Below, piece after piece: positions 57,931 through 64,000 of a DNA stretch of 64,000 nucleotides (within the stretch, counting starts at the first letter, position 1; every line of letters begins with the position of its first letter). The notes beneath the pieces are model-generated. The model saw only the letters and a list, made by a program, of their open reading frames with translations, searched no databases and was not told the DNA's origin. The DNA lies in the NCBI RefSeq assembly GCF_009914755.1, contig NC_060931.1, one strand, 5' to 3'. Made by a program: the position numbers and the translations under genes. The DNA is from the human T2T-CHM13v2.0 reference genome, Homo sapiens.

Positions 57931-59029
57931 ATTAGTGCCCCTGCCCACACCTGACCACCATTCTTGCCAGTACAACTCTCAGTCTCTTTCCCTTCTGCAT
58001 TTAGAGTCTGGAGCTCAGTTAGGTTTCCAAATGTAAATTCTGTCTTTTAATTAAGAACTGTAGAAAAATATATATGTGAATGTGGATATATTTTCAACCT
58101 CGATGCTGGCATTTTTTCTACATTTGCTTGTTTTGGAGACTCTCGTCTCCCCTGGGATCACGCCTTTCTCCTGGTAAATGGACAGGAAAGTGAAGACGTG
58201 AATATTTTTATCTGACATTATTTTGGAGCATGGCTTTCCTGTTTGCTGTTGTTTCCTTTTCATGGACCATTAGCAGCTTCCAAAGGCAATATCCTTTCAC
58301 TGTCACACTGTGCCATGGGGGGCCATTTCAACAACTTCAGACTAGGGCATTAAGTGCAATTCTGGATGAGAGTCAGCACATAACCAAATAAAAATAATAA
58401 AAGGAAAGCTTGTAGGAGCCATTTGGAACACTGTCCCGTGCTGAATTCATTTGCAGCCTCTCAGAAACCTACCCATCACCAGTGATCAGCCCCAAGCCTG
58501 GCCATACCTTATTTAATTGTAAAGTATTTCATATCCTCAGAAACAGCCCTGCTCATTTGCTTTTCCTTTTTTGGAGATTGTCTTGGTGGAATGCTGAGAT
58601 TCTAATCAGTGGGGGAAAAAGAAAATGCAGGTTTTGATTTCAGCAAGAAAAAAAAAAGGTGCACTTCTTGTAGCTTTTCTCCTCGCCTTAAAATGAGCAT
58701 TTAGGAGACCTTTTTGGAAATTCTTCTAAAATAGGTGCTTAGCACAGCAGAGAAGATGGTAGAAAAAGCAAGGTGAATTAAGTTCAGGCGCCTAACCCAG
58801 CATGAGCCACTGCCACCCTACCCCTGGTCTCCACGTGGATGGCAGTTTCAGAAATGAAGGGGAGAAAAATAAGCATAAGAATTTGTCTCCAGGCCAGTGT
58901 CCCTGATGGGCAACCCAGTTGAGAGCAAGGTTCTCCCGGATGGAGAGAGTCCCCTGAGCCTGAATTCCAGGAAAGTCTCAGGTCTAACCAAGTCAGGGCA
59001 GGTTAGCCTACATCAGTTTGTCCCCGGCA

Positions 59030-59170
59030 TCACAGCCACCTGGGGGAGCAAGGCTGTTAAAAGTATTCCTGGAGACCTATTACCTAGAAATTCTGACTCA
59101 GTTGATTGCGGATGGGTAATGAAAATCCACATTCTATTGGCTTTTCTACATCTCAGTGATGCAGGTGAAT
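59030..59170. mobile_element. MER5-like hAT relic
   Basis: AGAAATTCTGACTCAGTTG..AAAATCCACATT; a second MER5-like piece lies at ~59620-59715. Confidence 0.55.
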
Positions 59171-59386
59171 AAATACTAGTGGAATATTCAGTAATCAACC
59201 AGCCAAGGAATGTTTGTTGAGCGTTTGTGCAAAATGCCATTCCTGAGACCTGAGATGGTCATATATTAGAGCTGCCCCTTCAGTTTAGCATAAGGATGGT
59301 CTGCGTTAGAAGACCAGGGATGGCCATTAAAAACACAGCCTTAGGAGCCTGAATAATAAAAGAATAGGAGAATAGGAGCATTCAGA

Positions 59387-59608
59387 TCATAGCTAACATT
59401 TATCACACACTTAGGTGGCCAGCACTGTGCTATAAAAGTTTCCTCTACACTCCTTTAAATTAAGGACTGTTTTGTCTTGTTCATTGTTGTCACCTCAGCT
59501 CCTAGGACAGGACCTGGCACATAGTAACCGCTCAATAAATATTTGTTAAATAAATGTACAAATGCATTATTAGCTTATCCAATCTTCAGACAGCTCTCCG
59601 AGCTAAAT
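59387..59608. repeat. MIR(-)/L2(+) composite, copy A
   Basis: ATAGCTAACATTTAT..L2 3' end CCTGGCACATAGTAACCGCTCAATAAATATTTGTT..AATCTTCA..GAGCTAAAT. Confidence 0.8.
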
Positions 59609-59890
59609 ATTAAATATTCCAGGTACACTAAGATTCTGGGAGGGGGACCAGAGAATCTGTCCTTTTATCAAGCACTTTGAGAGATTCTTAAGATTGACTA
59701 GATTTGGGAAGCAGAAAATCTGGACCAAATTCCCTTATGGGTATTTAAATCCCCTGAAAAACAGTCTAATTCAATGTTTCTTCAGCTTATCCTTGAATTT
59801 CCTGAAGATAAGATATCCTTGCATTTTCTGAAGATATTATGGTAGTGCAAAACACAGCCCAGACCACAGTCTACTCATTTTAATTATTAA

Positions 59891-60199
<309 letters not shown>

Positions 60200-60660
60200 T
60201 GATCAAGTGAATCATAACTTTTCTTCATTTCTACCCATGGCTCTTATTTCTTCTCCAAGTAAAAGATCATGTCCATCACACTGAGCTATCCATTACTGTG
60301 CATAATGGAGATTTAAGATTATACCATTTTCCATATATTCAAGGATCAAGCCAGAGGCAAAGAGAATGAGAGATCTATGGCCTGATCCCAGATGAGAGAC
60401 CTAGGCTCCTGGACTCGTTGGAAATAATACTGTGACCTGAGCTTAGGTAGAACATGGACTCAAGTCTGATAACCTTAGATTTGAAACTTGACTCTTTGAC
60501 AACTAGCCATGTGACCTTGTGAAAGGCTTTCTCATCTTCAGTTTTCCCGTGTGTGAAGTGGAAATAATAAAATATCATAGCATTGTGAGTGTAAAACATA
60601 ATAGCTGCCAATAACAAAACCAAAACCACATATAACAAAAAATTAATACGAATATAAAAG

Positions 60661-61000
60661 TCACAGCTAACATTTATCACAGCCCTATTATGTGCCCAGT
60701 ATGTTGCTAAACAACTGTCCTCTAAGCCCCTATAAGTTAAGGGACTGTTTTAATTGTTTTGTTCATTGTGGTGTCCCCAGCACCTAGAGCAGTGTATGAC
60801 ACATAGTAATGGCTCGATAAATATTTTTTGAATAAATGAGTAAACCCATTGTTAGCTTGTCTAATCTTCAAAATAGTTCAGAGCTAAATGCTTCTGGTAA
60901 TCCTATTTGACACAATGAGAAAACTGAGACTTGACAAGGTAAAGTTACTTGTTCAACCAGTAGGCAACAAAGCAGGGATTTAAACCCAGACACATTCCTG
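60661..61000. repeat. MIR(-)/L2(+) composite, copy B (retains the downstream MIR half)
   Basis: Same junctions as copy A up to 60889, then continues into ATGAGAAAACTGAGAC. Confidence 0.8.
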
Positions 61001-62064
61001 TGATCCCTACCAACAAGTTATTGTAGGCATATTGCCATTTATTGACAATATTGGTAAATCTAACCTTATATTTGTATTTTTTTATAAATGTATTTTAATG
61101 CCTAATGCATTTTATATTTGTATTCTTACACATCATGACATCTGTTGCTGGAGAGGGGGTGCATTAATTTGGTTCTGACATGAGATCCCGATGCTGCCTT
61201 TACTTCCTGTGGACAAATGTGCATGTTCAGAAGCTGGGAACAGACAGGGCAGCAATCTTTTTGTCCAGCTTCTGGTGGCCTTGATGCCTGCTTTGTGAGA
61301 CACCCAGAATCTTCAGCTGTCTTTTCCTCCCATTGAATAGTCAATAGGGAAAGCAAGAACTCTAAAACTGCTGGACTGAAAATGAAATATGCAATGGCTT
61401 CAGGCTATGTTTTCCCTTTGCTGGGAAGCACTGCTATGATAATTGTTTCTACAAAAAGAAACTACAACTCTGGCAAAAAAAAAAAAAAAATCAAACCCTC
61501 TGTTTGCTCGAACCTATCATAAACCATTGCTGGTAATTATAGAAACTGATTGTGCGACAGTTTAGTTTAACTTAATTGGCAATTTTTTTTAAGCTGCAAC
61601 ACAGTAAAAATAGTAAAGAACGAGTCAGGTTCTAGAGATGGAACATTTAGCTTTGGTGAAATGTCAAAGATCTGCACACACTGCCAAAGGTGTGGGAATG
61701 TAACTGAGCTGTCAGCTCTGTTATTTAAATCCTTGCTTCTTATGTTTTAAATTCTGCTTCCTGAGTGCACAGTCTGTTGTGGACTTGCATCCTATTGTGG
61801 CTAAGCAGGTCTTTAAGCAGTTGTGGAAAGAAATGGTCCCCCTAAACCAATATAGAAATATGGCTCCTGTGTCTGGAAGAGATGGCTGTGCAAAACCAAT
61901 AGCTGTGTCCCATTGCAATTTAAGTATAATCACTTCTTTTGGGGGTTCATTTTACTTGATTAAAAAAATTGATTAAAGCTTTACCTCCTTTTCCATTACT
62001 AGGAACACTCTCATTCCTGTTTTCTTTCCTTTGGTCCTTCTCTTTCATCATAATGATTGTCATC

Positions 62065-62096
<32 letters not shown>

Positions 62097-62109
62097 GTCA
62101 TCATCATCA
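62065..62109. repeat. (TCA)15 microsatellite with one TCG interruption
   Basis: Direct observation. Confidence 0.97.
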
Positions 62110-62779
62110 TTCCATCTTAATAATAATGGTAATAATAGCCAGCATTTATGACCACTTCCATAGGACAGATATTAGGTCAAGGACTTTCAACAGATTATCT
62201 CATTTAATCTTCACAACTATTTAAAAAGCTACCTATTAGAAAGTGGCAAGCCTAGATTCACACCCTGTCTGTTTGGGACCAGGGCATACAGTTATATCCA
62301 TGATATTTTCTATCATCTTACAGTTTTGTTTACAACTGGGCCTCCATCTCTGGGACAAAGCTTAGCTAAGTTTCATAGCCAAGGCAGAAAATAGAGCAAA
62401 ACCTCAGGGCCACCATCTAGTCAGGCTTGGCATTGGTCTTGCTACCTGTAAAGCCAGTATCTAGTATGTCAGGAATGACACTTGGGAGCCTGTGTCCCTT
62501 CCAGGTGGCAGTCTTCCATGTGTAATAACCCTTAGCCACGGCTCCTCCTCTGGATGGGCGATCTGGCCTCCTTTCCCTGCCCTACCTGCCAGGTCCCCCC
62601 TAGGTTTGGAGCTTTTCCCTGAACACCAGCCCACAATCCAGGGTCAGAGAGACCCCTCCCTACTCCTATCCGTCCCCTTCTCCCAGTGCTTGGATTCCCA
62701 CTCCTTGTACCTAAGAGTGCATAGTGAAGGTAAGCTGCATATAGAGATGTTTTAGTAACTTCCTTTGAAATGAAAATCA

Positions 62780-63020
62780 CAATGATGGTGATGATTATGG
62801 TGATTTATTGAGTGCTGTTTGCCAGCACTATTCCAAGTGCTTTTGCATGTACTAGCTGCCCTCCCAATAACCCTGGGAGGTAGATCTATTGCTTTCACCA
62901 GTTTCCAGATGAGGAAATGAGGAGCACAAAGGTTAAGAGACTTACCAAAGGTCACATAACTAGAAAGTGTCAAAGCCAGATGTGCACCCAAAACTGGTAA
63001 GCTTAATCATAATGCTATGT
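62780..63020 (-). mobile_element. MIR (near full length); another MIR(-) at ~62118-62320
   Basis: ATTTATTGAGTGC..CAGATGAGGAAATGAGGAGCACAAAGGTTAAGAGACTTACCAAAGGTCACATAACTAG. Confidence 0.85.
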
Positions 63021-64000
63021 TGTGATGTCAAAATAGTGTTACCAATGGTTTGAGGAACCAAACATTCAAAATGCTTCAGACGAACACAACAACTTTTTCA
63101 GGTAAGTTGATTTGTGAAAATCAACTTTGCTTTCAAACTTAGCATGTCACTTGGAAATGGCTGTAATTAATGTCAAATTTAGTTCCAGTCTCCTGGAACC
63201 TAAATACCATTGAGACTAACAATATTTTCTACATTCTAATTACATTTTAGAATATACTTACATCACTTGATGTTCCAAAGCTTTCTAATGATTGAATTGC
63301 AATTAAGAGCCTATGCCATATTCTTACACATACTGTTTTCCTATCAAAGTATAAATGATCACAATACTACCCATATTTGTATGTGACTCATTAACATTCC
63401 ACCATATTACTGATATTTATACATGCTATTGACATTGATGGTTCCAATACCAGCCAGTTAACAAGGAATGACAGGCTTATTACGTGTTCAGCACTTGACG
63501 TATTTAAAATACATAGGTGAGTAAGAAAACTGCTGTGATAAGAAACATACATTTATGACTGTGTATACATAGTCTTTTTCCCTTGTAAAATGGTGGTTAG
63601 CAAATTTTAAAAAATTATTTCCTAGAGGTTAGCTGTGGGAGGTCATTGAAGGAAACCTGAGTTGGAAGAGGAAGGAACTAAAGTCAGAACAAGGGCTGAG
63701 TCTGTTTGCAAATGAACCGTGAATAAGAAGTAGCATCAAATAAGACAAGGAAATGCAGCAGGTGGCTCAGCTGAAGAAAAGAGAAGTCTGCTCACATAAG
63801 GGTCTGGACTGAGGCTGGAGGGTCAGGGACTCAATCATAAAACTACCCTGTATGGACATGCTTTAGAAAAGATAAGTAGGAAAGTATAAATAGAGAAAAA
63901 AAAGGTGGCAAATGCTCCAGGGCGCAGAAGCTCCAGAAACCTCCACTTCACTGAGGAACTGCATCAATCTCTGGGGACAACATCAGGGGCTTCTTTTCCC

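Noticed and set aside
59788-59836. 23-bp near-tandem duplicate; also short duplicates at 29808-29833 and 32819-32839 and the 14-bp palindrome at 36351-36364
   Set aside because: Ordinary slippage-scale or chance events with no further structure
61969-62151. Poly-serine ORF
   Set aside because: Translation of the (TCA)n microsatellite
63080-63525. Consensus splice donors (CAG|GTAAGT at 63099-63107; TAG|GTGAGT near 63515) suggesting lncRNA exons
   Set aside because: Such 9-mers occur by chance in 64 kb; no convincing paired acceptor or ORF, so transcript data would be needed

Overview
Primate (most likely human or hominoid, given AluY and THE1B elements) non-coding genomic DNA, AT-rich with no CpG island. 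I find no supportable protein-coding exon, RNA gene or processed pseudogene. The long ORFs trace to Alu, L1, Tigger1 or microsatellite sequence; the rest show no homology I recognise. Roughly half the window is interspersed repeat: 18 dimeric Alus plus a FAM monomer, a 4.9-kb 5'-truncated L1PB-type LINE-1, several old L1M pieces, ERV1 and MaLR LTRs, a 5'-deleted Tigger1, hAT MITEs, and many MIR and L2 relics. The repeat-free islands are rich in homeodomain, POU, SOX and FOX motifs and look like distal developmental enhancers, but this is unverified. I found no new gene system. The most unusual signals are structural: (i) a multi-level nest, MER96 > twin-primed L1MA > FAM + THE1B + a templated insertion; (ii) several local templated duplications; (iii) a ~925-bp alternating purine-pyrimidine VNTR bounded by a 13-bp inverted repeat, next to an L1 deletion; (iv) a perfect 22-bp palindrome inside an MLT1 LTR. 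Repeat subfamily names come from recalled consensus sequences, not a search. Boundaries of old repeats are approximate.
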